Shown here one piece after another: positions 34,544 to 43,213 of a stretch of DNA of 64,000 bases. The DNA lies in assembly GCA_028718785.1 (NCBI GenBank), contig JAQULB010000002.1:84750-148749 (forward strand), read 5' to 3'. This stretch comes from Minisyncoccota bacterium. Lineage in GTDB: Bacteria; Patescibacteriota; Minisyncoccia; Minisyncoccales; CG1-02-41-26. The notes beneath the pieces were generated by a model. The model made no database searches. It had not been told where the DNA came from and saw only the letters and a program-made list of their open reading frames with translations. Position 1 is the first letter of the stretch. Every line of letters begins with the position of its first letter. The position numbers and the translations under genes are program-made.

Positions 34544-35865
34544 ACCTTCAAGAAAAAAATAAAAAAGGTGTTGCTCTTTATAAAAGAGCCAAAGAGATAA
34601 TTCCCGGAGGAACACAGCTGTTAAGCAAAAGGCCAGAGATGTTTTTGCCAAATTTATGGCCAAGTTATTATCAAAAAGCCAAGGGCTGTTATGTTTGGGA
34701 CTTAGATGGCAATAAATACCTTGATTTTTCTTATATGGGCATTGGCGCTTGCATTTTGGGTTATAGCGACGATGATGTTAATGGGGCGGTAAAAAAAGCG
34801 ATAGATAACGGCTCAATGAACACCTTAAATTGTCCAGAAGAAGTGGAATTAGCCGAACTATTGTTAAAGATTCATCCTTGGGCTGGTATGGTTCGTTACG
34901 CTCGAACTGGCGGGGAATCAATGGCAGTGGCAATGAGAATTGCTCGGGCTTATTCTGGTAAAGATAAGGTGGCATTTTGCGGGTATCACGGATGGAGCGA
35001 CTGGTATTTGTCAGCCAACTTGGCGGATGATAAAAATTTAGACGGTCATTTATTGGCTGGATTGGAACCAAACGGGGTGCCTCGAGGATTGGTGGGAACA
35101 ATGTTGCCTTTTCATTACAATAAAATTGAGGAATTAGAAAAAATTGTGGCAGAAAATAGCGATATTGGCGTTATTGTGATGGAGCCGATGAAATTTCAAG
35201 AAGGTCAAGACAATTTTGTAAAAAAAGTTCGGGAGGTTGCTGACAAAATAAATGCTGTTTTAATTTTTGATGAAATAACAGTGGGCTTTAGGTTTAATAT
35301 TGGGGGGGCGCATTTGAAATTAGGCGTTAATCCCGATATAGCGGTTTTTGCTAAAGGCATTTCTAATGGATTTCCAATGGGGGCTATTATTGGCAAAAAA
35401 GAAATTATGCAATCAGCTCAAACAAGTTTTATATCAAGCACTTATTGGACAGAACGAATTGGCCCAACTGCCGCTATTGCCACAATTGCTAAAATGCAAA
35501 AAGAAAATGCGCCAGCATATTTAGAAAAAACTGGGCTGGAAATTAAAAGAGGGTTGTTTGAAATGGCTCAAAAGCGCAACATAAAAATTCACATTGAGGG
35601 GTTTCCAGCCATGTTGCATATTTCATTTGATTATCCTAATTCACAGGCCATTAGAACTTTATACACTCAAGAAATGTTGAAAAAAGGAGTGTTGGCTTCT
35701 GGGGGAATATATGTTTCTTTGGCTTTCAAAGAAGGGCATATAAAAGAGTTTTTAAAAGCAGTTGATGATGTTTTTTTAACTTTAAATAAAGCCATAACAG
35801 AAAACAAAGTGGAGCAAATGCTGGAAGGTCCAATAGCTCACGCCAGTTTTCAACGGCTAAATTAA
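34540..35865 (+). CDS. class-III PLP aminotransferase, glutamate-1-semialdehyde aminomutase-like
   Basis: 441 aa. RYARTGGESMAVAMRIARAY, IFDEITVGFR, AVFAKGISNGFPMGAIIG (PLP lysine context). ATGA overlap with the upstream gene. Confidence 0.82.
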   Translation: MNLQEKNKKGVALYKRAKEIIPGGTQLLSKRPEMFLPNLWPSYYQKAKGCYVWDLDGNKYLDFSYMGIGACILGYSDDDVNGAVKKAIDNGSMNTLNCPEEVELAELLLKIHPWAGMVRYARTGGESMAVAMRIARAYSGKDKVAFCGYHGWSDWYLSANLADDKNLDGHLLAGLEPNGVPRGLVGTMLPFHYNKIEELEKIVAENSDIGVIVMEPMKFQEGQDNFVKKVREVADKINAVLIFDEITVGFRFNIGGAHLKLGVNPDIAVFAKGISNGFPMGAIIGKKEIMQSAQTSFISSTYWTERIGPTAAIATIAKMQKENAPAYLEKTGLEIKRGLFEMAQKRNIKIHIEGFPAMLHISFDYPNSQAIRTLYTQEMLKKGVLASGGIYVSLAFKEGHIKEFLKAVDDVFLTLNKAITENKVEQMLEGPIAHASFQRLN

Positions 35866-35875
35866 TTTTAATACC

Positions 35876-36328
35876 ATGAAAATCATTCTTAAAAAAGCGG
35901 ATTTTACTGATATTGAGTTTTTGTTTTATTTGCGCAATATCCCCCAGTATTATAAATATTACACCCATCCAAGGCCTGTTGAATGGGAAGAGCATATTAA
36001 TTGGATAATGCCAATTTTGCTTGAAGTGGACAAAAGGGACTTATATATAATAATGGCTGATGATATAAAAGCTGGGCAAATTAGAATTGACTACACAGCT
36101 GATATGGCTGAGATAAGTGTTGCTTTAGTGGAGCACTTTAGGGGTAAAAACATTGCTTCTATGGCTTTAGAAAAAGCCATAGAAAAAGCTAAAAAAGAAA
36201 ATAAAGTAAAAACTTTTAGAGCTCATGTGCACCAAAATAATATTGCTTCTCAGAAATTATTTGAAAAACTTGGCTATCAAATTGAAATGCAAGATGGCGC
36301 TTGGATAAAATACGTTAAAAATGTTTAA
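35876..36328 (+). CDS. pseH: GNAT N-acetyltransferase, PseH-like
   Basis: 150 aa. N-terminal FLFYLRNIPQ..KY resembles the PseH W/YRN motif. GNAT core FRGKNIASMALEKAIEKAKKE..VKTFRAHVHQNNIASQKLFEKLGY. Sits immediately upstream of pseI. The symbol is assigned from context. Confidence 0.55.
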   Translation: MKIILKKADFTDIEFLFYLRNIPQYYKYYTHPRPVEWEEHINWIMPILLEVDKRDLYIIMADDIKAGQIRIDYTADMAEISVALVEHFRGKNIASMALEKAIEKAKKENKVKTFRAHVHQNNIASQKLFEKLGYQIEMQDGAWIKYVKNV

Positions 36329-37352
36329 ACAACTTAAAAAAACTTTAATTATTGCTGAAATTTCCGCTAATCATAATGGCGATTTTCAAAAAGCCAAAGA
36401 GCTTGTAAATCAGGCCTGTTTAGCTGGAGCTGATGTGGTAAAAATTCAAACTTACACGCCAGACACAATGACATTGGATTCAGAAAAAGATTATTTCCAA
36501 GTAAAAGTCAACGATGCTTGGAAGGGCCAAACTTTGCATAGTTTGTATCAAAAAGCTTGCACTCCTTGGGAGTGGTATGATGAGTTAGAAAAAATAGCCA
36601 AAGAAAATGGCTGTCTTTTTATTGGCACACCCTATGATTTAACTTCGCTTAGTTTTTTGGAAAACAAAAACTGTCCATTTTATAAAATTGCTTCTTTTGA
36701 GGCCACAGACATTGAGCTTTTAAGGGCGGTGGCTAAAACCAAAAAACCAGTGGTAATATCCAGAGGAATGGCAAGTTTTGAAGAATTGTCTTGGGCCATA
36801 AAAATTTTGAAAGAGAATGGCGCGATAGATATTGCTATTTTGCATTGTGTGAGCGCTTATCCAACAAAAATTGAGGATTTGAATTTATTGACTATCCCAG
36901 AAGTTCAAAAAGGATTTCCTGATGTGGTTGTGGGGCTTTCTGATCATAGTTTGAGTATTGTTTCTGGAGCGGTGGGGGTTAGTTTGGGAGCTAAAATAAT
37001 TGAACGACATTTTATTTTAAAAAGAATCGACGGAGGGCCAGACGCGGCTTTTTCTTTAGAGCCAAACGAGTTTTTTTTAATGGCTAAACAAATCAGAGAA
37101 ACAGAAAAAATGCTGGGTGAGCCGTTCTTAAAAACAGCAGAAAGCGAAAAAGAAAACAAGCAATTTAGAAGGTCGTTGTGGGTTGTAAAAAATATAAAAA
37201 AAGGCGAGGTTTTCACCAAAGAAAATATTGGCAGTTTTCGCCCGGCTGTTGGGCTGGAGCCAAAATATTTAGATGAGGTTTTAGGCAAACAAGCTTTAGA
37301 GGATATTGAGTTTGGAACACCTTTAACGAAAGAATTAGCTGGTGGTTTGTAA
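36321..37352 (+). CDS. pseI: pseudaminic acid synthase (NeuB family with SAF domain)
   Basis: IIAEISANHNGDFQKAKELVNQA..AGADVVKIQTYTPDTMTLDS, YKIASFEATD, KPVVISRGMA, ILHCVSAYPT..EDLNL, VGLSDHS, IIERHF, C-terminal SAF-like RRSLWVVKNIKKGEVFTKENIGSFRP. Collinear with my recollection of PseI. Confidence 0.9.
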   Translation: MFKQLKKTLIIAEISANHNGDFQKAKELVNQACLAGADVVKIQTYTPDTMTLDSEKDYFQVKVNDAWKGQTLHSLYQKACTPWEWYDELEKIAKENGCLFIGTPYDLTSLSFLENKNCPFYKIASFEATDIELLRAVAKTKKPVVISRGMASFEELSWAIKILKENGAIDIAILHCVSAYPTKIEDLNLLTIPEVQKGFPDVVVGLSDHSLSIVSGAVGVSLGAKIIERHFILKRIDGGPDAAFSLEPNEFFLMAKQIRETEKMLGEPFLKTAESEKENKQFRRSLWVVKNIKKGEVFTKENIGSFRPAVGLEPKYLDEVLGKQALEDIEFGTPLTKELAGGL

Positions 37353-37428
37353 AATTTTGGCTTTTGCATTTTAATTCTTGGTAGCAACGCTTTATGGGGC
37401 AATGGGAGCTGGTTCGATTTTTTATATT

Positions 37429-38208
37429 ATGTTTAAATACGGAATTAAAATTTGGAGCGTCAATAAGGATTGGTTTAGTGAGGTTGTTGAATTAATCAAG
37501 CAAGGCAAAGCTGATTTTGTGGAAATATATTTAGTTCCAAGTTCTTTTAAATTGAGCGATTTTGATATTTTTAAGCAAAATAATATCCAAGTTTCCTTGC
37601 ATTGTCCTCACACTTCCCATAATTTTGATGTTTTTAACTTAACAAAAAAAAGTTTGGATATTTGGAATAATCAAGTTGTAAAAACTGCTGACTATTTGAA
37701 TAGCCAATTTATTATTCTTCATCCCGGAATTGGAGAAAACAAAGAAACTTTTAAAAGGGAATCTCTTAAAATAAAAGATTCGCGAGTTTTAATGGAAAGT
37801 ATGGTTAAAGTTGGCTTTGTGGGCGTGGAAGAGGGTGGGGTTATGTGTTTTGGTTATTCTAAAGAGGAATTAGAATTTATTCACAAAGATTGTGGCTTTG
37901 ATATTTGTTTTGATGTTTGTCACTCTTTGGCTTCGGCTGCTTGGCAAAAGATTGATTCTTATGATTTTATTAGCGAGTGCATTGATTTGTTAAAGCCGAG
38001 ATATTTTCACTTAGCTGGGGGTAATATTGAAGACGAGACAGATAGGCATTTGGATTTATGGGAGGGTAATTTTGATTATAAATTTATAAAAGAAAAGCTT
38101 GCGAAAGCGCAGCAAGCAGAGGATATATATTTATCTTTTGAGGTTCCCAAAAAAGGCGATGGCTTGGAGAACGATTTAAAAAACATAGAGTATTTTAAGA
38201 ATCTTTAA
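37429..38208 (+). CDS. putative sugar-phosphate isomerase/epimerase (xylose-isomerase-like TIM barrel)
   Basis: The ORF track starts at a TTG (37378); ATGs at 37402 and 37429 are possible. Only weak family cues (FIILHPG, HLAGGN...DRHLDLWEG). Function is tentative. Confidence 0.4.
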   Translation: MFKYGIKIWSVNKDWFSEVVELIKQGKADFVEIYLVPSSFKLSDFDIFKQNNIQVSLHCPHTSHNFDVFNLTKKSLDIWNNQVVKTADYLNSQFIILHPGIGENKETFKRESLKIKDSRVLMESMVKVGFVGVEEGGVMCFGYSKEELEFIHKDCGFDICFDVCHSLASAAWQKIDSYDFISECIDLLKPRYFHLAGGNIEDETDRHLDLWEGNFDYKFIKEKLAKAQQAEDIYLSFEVPKKGDGLENDLKNIEYFKNL

Positions 38209-38210
38209 AA

Positions 38211-38235
38211 ATACAAGGCACTCAGTGCCTTGTAT
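38211..38235. terminator. bidirectional intrinsic terminator between convergent genes
   Basis: Perfect 11-bp stem atacaaggcac / gtgccttgtat, 3-nt loop, A-run before and T-run after. Confidence 0.8.
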
Positions 38236-38236
38236 T

Positions 38237-39484
38237 TTAAGTAATTCTTTTAAACTGCCAATATTGCAAAATAAAAGTTATAAATTCCAATAATAAGAAA
38301 GAAGCAATAGCCCCCCAAATGCCTAAAGTTGGGGTTAAAACTAAAAGTAAAACCCAATAAACAGGAGACAAAACCAAAGCGCCGATGTAAAGTTCTTTGG
38401 TTTTTTGTTTGGCGGTTAAAACAGAACCAGATAAAATTCTGGGATAGGTTAAAAGAATTAAAGCGTAAAATTGGGAATACATTACATACTGGACATATTG
38501 GGGGAAAAACCACTTAAAGACCAAAGGAACTATTAGAATATATAAAATCATTATTGGGAAAGATAAAGCAAAAAGTTGAAGGGTTTTTTGGGGGATTGTT
38601 TTTTTTAGCTCTAAAATTGGCCTTACCACTAATTTTGGCATTGCCAAAGAGCCAATTATTTTTAAAATTTCTTTTATTTTATCAGGCATCATCATCACCA
38701 CAGAATAAATTGCCAAAGGAGCTGGTCCCAAAAAGTGCCACAAGATTATTTTGTCAACTTGGCTGTTTAAATTAGCAAGTCCGCCCAATAAGCTTAAATG
38801 TTTGCCAAAAGCAAGCGTTTCTTTGCTGGCTTGATTATTGAATTGGAATTTCTTTTTAACTAAAATAAAAAAAATAATATAGCATAAAGTTAAAGGTAAA
38901 AAGTAGGCCAGTAAAATTAAAAAAATATTATTAGTAAAAAATAAAGTAAAAGCCATTGCTGATAGCGAAACAATCTGAACCAATATGTTGAGCTTATTTT
39001 GCAAATCAAATTTTTTTTTGCCAGCTAAAAAGCTGTCATACAAAGAAAAGCTATTGAAAAATGGCAAAAAACAAGCCACAATTAAAAAGCAAATAGACAG
39101 GGCATTGTTCCCTTGGAAAAAGTAATATCCAGCCACAATTAAAGAAGCTAATGTTCCCCAAAGTCCCCATTTTAATTTTAACTGGAAAGCTCTCAAAAAA
39201 GAGCCATCTTCGTTTTTTGAAGCGGCATTCAGAACAGCTGAGTTTAGTCCAGACAGAGAGGGTATTGATAAAATTCCCAAAAGCGATAGAACATACTTAT
39301 ATGTGCCAAAAGTTTCTTTGGATAACCAATTAGTAAAAATTATTATCAGCAGAAAATTGGCCAAAAATCCAACTGCTTGGCCAATAAAAAGCCAAAAGCC
39401 CCCTTTGGCCACATAGAGCATATCAGTTTGGGTGTATTTTTGGCTCCACAAAAGCCAATCCTTAATTTTGTTTTTTATTTCCAT
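38237..39484 (-). CDS. oligosaccharide/polysaccharide flippase (Wzx, MOP superfamily)
   Basis: 415 aa with ~12 predicted TM helices. Size and composition are typical of Wzx, and it lies inside the glycan cluster. Confidence 0.75.
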   Translation of the reverse strand: MEIKNKIKDWLLWSQKYTQTDMLYVAKGGFWLFIGQAVGFLANFLLIIIFTNWLSKETFGTYKYVLSLLGILSIPSLSGLNSAVLNAASKNEDGSFLRAFQLKLKWGLWGTLASLIVAGYYFFQGNNALSICFLIVACFLPFFNSFSLYDSFLAGKKKFDLQNKLNILVQIVSLSAMAFTLFFTNNIFLILLAYFLPLTLCYIIFFILVKKKFQFNNQASKETLAFGKHLSLLGGLANLNSQVDKIILWHFLGPAPLAIYSVVMMMPDKIKEILKIIGSLAMPKLVVRPILELKKTIPQKTLQLFALSFPIMILYILIVPLVFKWFFPQYVQYVMYSQFYALILLTYPRILSGSVLTAKQKTKELYIGALVLSPVYWVLLLVLTPTLGIWGAIASFLLLEFITFILQYWQFKRIT

Positions 39485-39505
39485 TTCTTTATCATATTGT
39501 AAATT

Positions 39506-40303
39506 ATGGCAAATTTCAATCCAAAAATCTCAGTGATTATGGCAACCCATAATGGGGAGCGATTTATTGAAGAGGCGATAGATAGTATTTTGGGACAGAC
39601 CTATGGGGATTTTGAATTTTTGATTATTAACGATGGTTCAACTGACTTAACTGCGGTTATGCTGGACGAGTATGCTCAAAAAGATAAGCGGGTAAAAATA
39701 ATTACAAATCCCCAATGTTTTGGCTTAACCAAGTCCCTAAATATTGCCCTTAAAAAAGCAAGAGGCGAATATATTGCTCGCCAAGATGACGATGATATCT
39801 CATCAAAGAATCGCTTTGCTTTACAGGTTGAATTTTTAGATAAAAATCAAGAAGTTTCTTTATGTGGGGCTTTGGGAGATGTTATTAATGAAAAGGGTGA
39901 AGTAATAAGGGAGAAGAATTTGGCTTTAAGTTATCGCGATATTAAAGAAAAGCTTTTGTTCAATAATCAATTCATACACTCATCTTTGATGATGCGAAAA
40001 ATAATTTTAGACAAAGAAGGTTTTTATGATGAGAAATTTAAAAAAGCTCAGGATTATGAATTAGTTTTACGATTAGGGAGAAAATACCAAATGGTTAATT
40101 TGCCAGATCGGCTGATAAAATGGAGGTTTTTGCCAAGCTCAATTTCTAACAAGAACAAAGAACAGCAAAAATTTGCTATTAAAGCAAGATGGTTGGCTAT
40201 TACAAAGTATGGATACCCAAAGATACGGGGGCTACTTCAAATTATCTTAAGGGTTGCGTGGTTATATGTACCCAAGAAAATAAAGATGGCACGATATCAT
40301 TAA
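39506..40303 (+). CDS. glycosyltransferase family 2
   Basis: ISVIMATHNGERFIEEAIDSILGQTYGDFEFLIINDGSTD and RQDDDDIS (DxD). Confidence 0.85.
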   Translation: MANFNPKISVIMATHNGERFIEEAIDSILGQTYGDFEFLIINDGSTDLTAVMLDEYAQKDKRVKIITNPQCFGLTKSLNIALKKARGEYIARQDDDDISSKNRFALQVEFLDKNQEVSLCGALGDVINEKGEVIREKNLALSYRDIKEKLLFNNQFIHSSLMMRKIILDKEGFYDEKFKKAQDYELVLRLGRKYQMVNLPDRLIKWRFLPSSISNKNKEQQKFAIKARWLAITKYGYPKIRGLLQIILRVAWLYVPKKIKMARYH

Positions 40304-40418
40304 TTTTTAATTTCCAATTTTTAATTTTTAAATAATTTTTAATGTCTTAATGTTTAAAAATTTAGATTTGAGATTTATTTAAAAATTACAAAATTAAAAA
40401 TTCAAAAATTGTTTTACT

Positions 40419-41552
40419 ATGAGGCAGAAGATTTTACAGATAATAACACTTTCAAATTGGGGGGGAGCTCAAAGGGTGGTTTTTGATTTGGCGGATAATT
40501 TAGATAAAGAAAAATTTGAAGTGGAGGTGGCCTGTTCTCCAAATGGTTTATTGGTTGAAAAGTTAAGGGCTCGGAATATAAAAGTTTATGAAATAAAAAA
40601 TCTTGTCCGCCATCTTTCACCCATTGATGATACAAAGGCCTTTTTTACTTTAAAAAAAATAATAAAAAAAGGAAAATATGATATTGTTCACTGCCATTCA
40701 GCTAAAGCTGGGTTTTTGGGTAGAATGGCTGGAAAGTTAGCTGGGGTAAAAAAAATTTATTACACTGTTCATTCCTGGAGTTTTTACAACAAAGGAGAAT
40801 ATGGCTTTGCGGAAAAGGTCTTTTTGTTAATGGAAAAAATCGGTTCTTTGGGAGTTTCAAAAATTATTTGCGTTTCCAATAGGGTGATGGCTGATGGAGT
40901 GAGAAATAAAATCGCCAAGCCCAAAAAGTTTTTGTTAATTAAAAACGGAATTGATTTTAATGTGGAAAACAAGCGAGATGAAATTAGGGTAAGTTATGGC
41001 ATTAAATCAAAAGAAATTGTTGTTGCTATGGTTTCAAGATTAGCTTATCCAAAAGACCCGTTTTTATTTTTACAAATTGCTTGTGAAATTTTAAAACAGG
41101 AAAAAAATATTAGGTTTATTTTGGTGGGTGATGGCTCTTTGTCTAATAAATGCCATGATTTTGTTGCTAAAGAAAAATTAGAGGAAAAGATTTTGCTTGT
41201 GGGTGAAAAGTCCCCCATTGAAGCTAGAGAGTTGTTTTTGGCCTTTGATATTTTTGTTTTACTTTCTCAATTTGAAGGCCTGCCCATTACAATTTTGGAA
41301 GCAATGTTTGCTGGCTTGCCAGTTATAGCAAGCAATGTTGGGGGTATTTCTGAATTGATTGACAGCGAAAAAGGAGGCTTTTTGGTGAGAAATAATTACT
41401 TTAAAGAAATAAAAGAATCTATTTATTATTTAATAAAAAATCCCCGAATTAGAAAACAAATGGGGGATTATAACTCCCAGAAAGCTAAAGCCAGTTTTAC
41501 CTTAGAAAAAATGATCAGAGCGTACACAACCCTGTATTTGGAAGGAGTTTAA
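40419..41552 (+). CDS. glycosyltransferase family 4 (GT-B)
   Basis: LLSQFEGLPITILEAMFAGLPVIASNVGGISELIDSEKGGFLV. Confidence 0.85.
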   Translation: MRQKILQIITLSNWGGAQRVVFDLADNLDKEKFEVEVACSPNGLLVEKLRARNIKVYEIKNLVRHLSPIDDTKAFFTLKKIIKKGKYDIVHCHSAKAGFLGRMAGKLAGVKKIYYTVHSWSFYNKGEYGFAEKVFLLMEKIGSLGVSKIICVSNRVMADGVRNKIAKPKKFLLIKNGIDFNVENKRDEIRVSYGIKSKEIVVAMVSRLAYPKDPFLFLQIACEILKQEKNIRFILVGDGSLSNKCHDFVAKEKLEEKILLVGEKSPIEARELFLAFDIFVLLSQFEGLPITILEAMFAGLPVIASNVGGISELIDSEKGGFLVRNNYFKEIKESIYYLIKNPRIRKQMGDYNSQKAKASFTLEKMIRAYTTLYLEGV

Positions 41553-41562
41553 CTCCTTCCCT

Positions 41563-42873
41563 CTATTCGGTTTTGAAGAATAACAAAAAGGTTTTAAGCA
41601 AAATGCCCAGATCCAGTAAAAAGGATCTATTTTTTATATAGTATAAATCGTATTGAAATTTCTCATGGCTTTCCTCTTTGCTTCTGGCGTATTGGATAAA
41701 TCGCGTTTGCGCCCAGCCCGTAAACCCTGGTTTTATTATATGGCGTAGATGATAATGGGGAATTTCTTTTTCTAATTGTTTTACAAATTCTGGGCGTTCG
41801 GGTCGGGGGCCGGTTAAAGAAAGCTCGCCCTTTAAAACATTAAGCATTTGAGGAAATTCATCAATGTGGAACTTTTTTAAAACTGCGCCAACTGCTGTAA
41901 CTCGAGGGTCTTTTTTTTCAGCCCACACCGCTCCTTTTTTTTCAGCGTTCACAACCATTGACCTAAATTTAAAAATTAAAAAGTTTTTTCTGTTTTTTCC
42001 AACTCTTTCTTGTTTATAAAAAATTGGACCCCTGTCATCAAGCTTTATGGCAATTGCTGATATAAGCCAAATAGGGGAGGTTATAATAATTAAAACAACA
42101 GCTATAATAAAATCAGTTAGGCGTTTAATTTTGTCGTAGGTGGACTTTTCGTTTTCTGACAGGTTTTTTAAAAACCAGGCCTGGTTCACAAAGTCAATAG
42201 GTATTTTACCCAAAATTTCTTCATAAGCTTTATCTAAAGATAAAAAAGTGGTTTTTAGCCCCAAGCATCCATAAAGCTGTCCTGCTAAAGCGGAATTTTT
42301 TTCAATATTTTCACTAATAACCAAAACGCTAATTTTATATTTTTTAATTTGGGCTGAGAGAGCGATTTTTTCACTTAAAAAACCAATTAATTTATAACCA
42401 AGCTGGGGCTGGCTTTTTATTTCATTTAACAAACTTAAAGCTAACGGCGCTTTGCCCAAAAAAGCTATGTTAGCTCGATATACTGATGAAAAAAGAGCGT
42501 AAAAGAGTTTGCGCCATAAGAATATAAAAGTAGCGAAAATCCCAATATCTAAAAGCAGATTTGTTTTTGGAGTAATGCCGAAAAAAGGTATTAAGTAAAA
42601 GAAAGCTAAAGCAACAATCAAGCAAACTGAAAAGCATTGGAGCATTCTTTTTGGCAATTCTCCTTTTGGGCCAATTATCTTTAAATCGTAAAGTCCAAAA
42701 ATATAAAAGAATATAATCCAAACAAAATAAATAATGCCAAAAGGTATTAAGTGTTGATTTAAAATATTGGAATTAAAGTTGTTCAAATAGCGGATATTTA
42801 AAGCTGAAAGCAAAGCTAAAAAGGCCAATACAATATCGCCAATAGTTAAAATAAATTGTCGTAGTTTAATCAT
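41563..42873 (-). CDS. polyprenyl-phosphate glycosyl-1-phosphate transferase (bacterial sugar transferase, WbaP/WcaJ-like priming enzyme)
   Basis: 436 aa. N-terminal TM helices and a C-terminal catalytic domain PIFYKQERVGKNRKNFLIFKFRSMVVNAEK...DPRVTAVGAVLKKFHIDEFPQMLNVLKGELSLTGPRPERPEF. Confidence 0.85.
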   Translation of the reverse strand: MIKLRQFILTIGDIVLAFLALLSALNIRYLNNFNSNILNQHLIPFGIIYFVWIIFFYIFGLYDLKIIGPKGELPKRMLQCFSVCLIVALAFFYLIPFFGITPKTNLLLDIGIFATFIFLWRKLFYALFSSVYRANIAFLGKAPLALSLLNEIKSQPQLGYKLIGFLSEKIALSAQIKKYKISVLVISENIEKNSALAGQLYGCLGLKTTFLSLDKAYEEILGKIPIDFVNQAWFLKNLSENEKSTYDKIKRLTDFIIAVVLIIITSPIWLISAIAIKLDDRGPIFYKQERVGKNRKNFLIFKFRSMVVNAEKKGAVWAEKKDPRVTAVGAVLKKFHIDEFPQMLNVLKGELSLTGPRPERPEFVKQLEKEIPHYHLRHIIKPGFTGWAQTRFIQYARSKEESHEKFQYDLYYIKNRSFLLDLGILLKTFLLFFKTE

Positions 42874-42880
42874 GTCTTAG

Positions 42881-43138
42881 AAGTCGTTAATAAGCGAAGC
42901 GAATTTACGAATTCTTAGATCCTGTTAAACGCTCCTCTCAGAGAGCGTTTAATCGGGATATTCCTTAAGTCGTTAATAAGCGAAGCGAATTTACGAATTC
43001 TTAGATCCTGTTAAACGCTCCTCTCAAAGAGCGTTTAATCGGGATATTCCTTAAGTCGTTAATAAGCGAAGCGAATTTACGAGTTCTTACACCCCGTTAA
43101 ACGCAACCTCAAGGAGCTGTTTAGCTGGGGTATTATTT
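42881..43138. repeat. three tandem 86-bp repeats, each with an internal hairpin
   Basis: Units at 42881-42966 and 42967-43052 differ at 1 of 86 positions. The third (43053-~43138) is diverged in its distal half. Each contains ttaaacgctc-N8-gagcgtttaa (e.g. 42925-42952) extended by atcc/ggat. Confidence 0.9.
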
Positions 43139-43156
43139 ATACTACAACAAAAAAAG

Positions 43157-43185
43157 TTGAAATTAAATAATAAAACGAGTAATAT
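43157..43185 (+). promoter_or_regulatory. sigma-70-type promoter
   Basis: TTGAAA (43157-43162), 17-nt spacer, TAATAT (43180-43185). Lies 28 nt upstream of the ATG at 43214. Confidence 0.45.
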
Positions 43186-43213
43186 GGGGATTAATAACTA
43201 ATAATAAATAAAT

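Noticed and set aside
36944-37402. 152-aa minus-strand ORF
   Set aside because: It is antisense to the well-supported pseI gene, and its composition is K/S/F-rich low complexity, consistent with an antisense read of AT-rich coding DNA.
42881-43138. Possible CRISPR array
   Set aside because: The 86-bp units abut directly with no unique spacers. The unit length is far above CRISPR repeat size, and no cas genes are present in the window.
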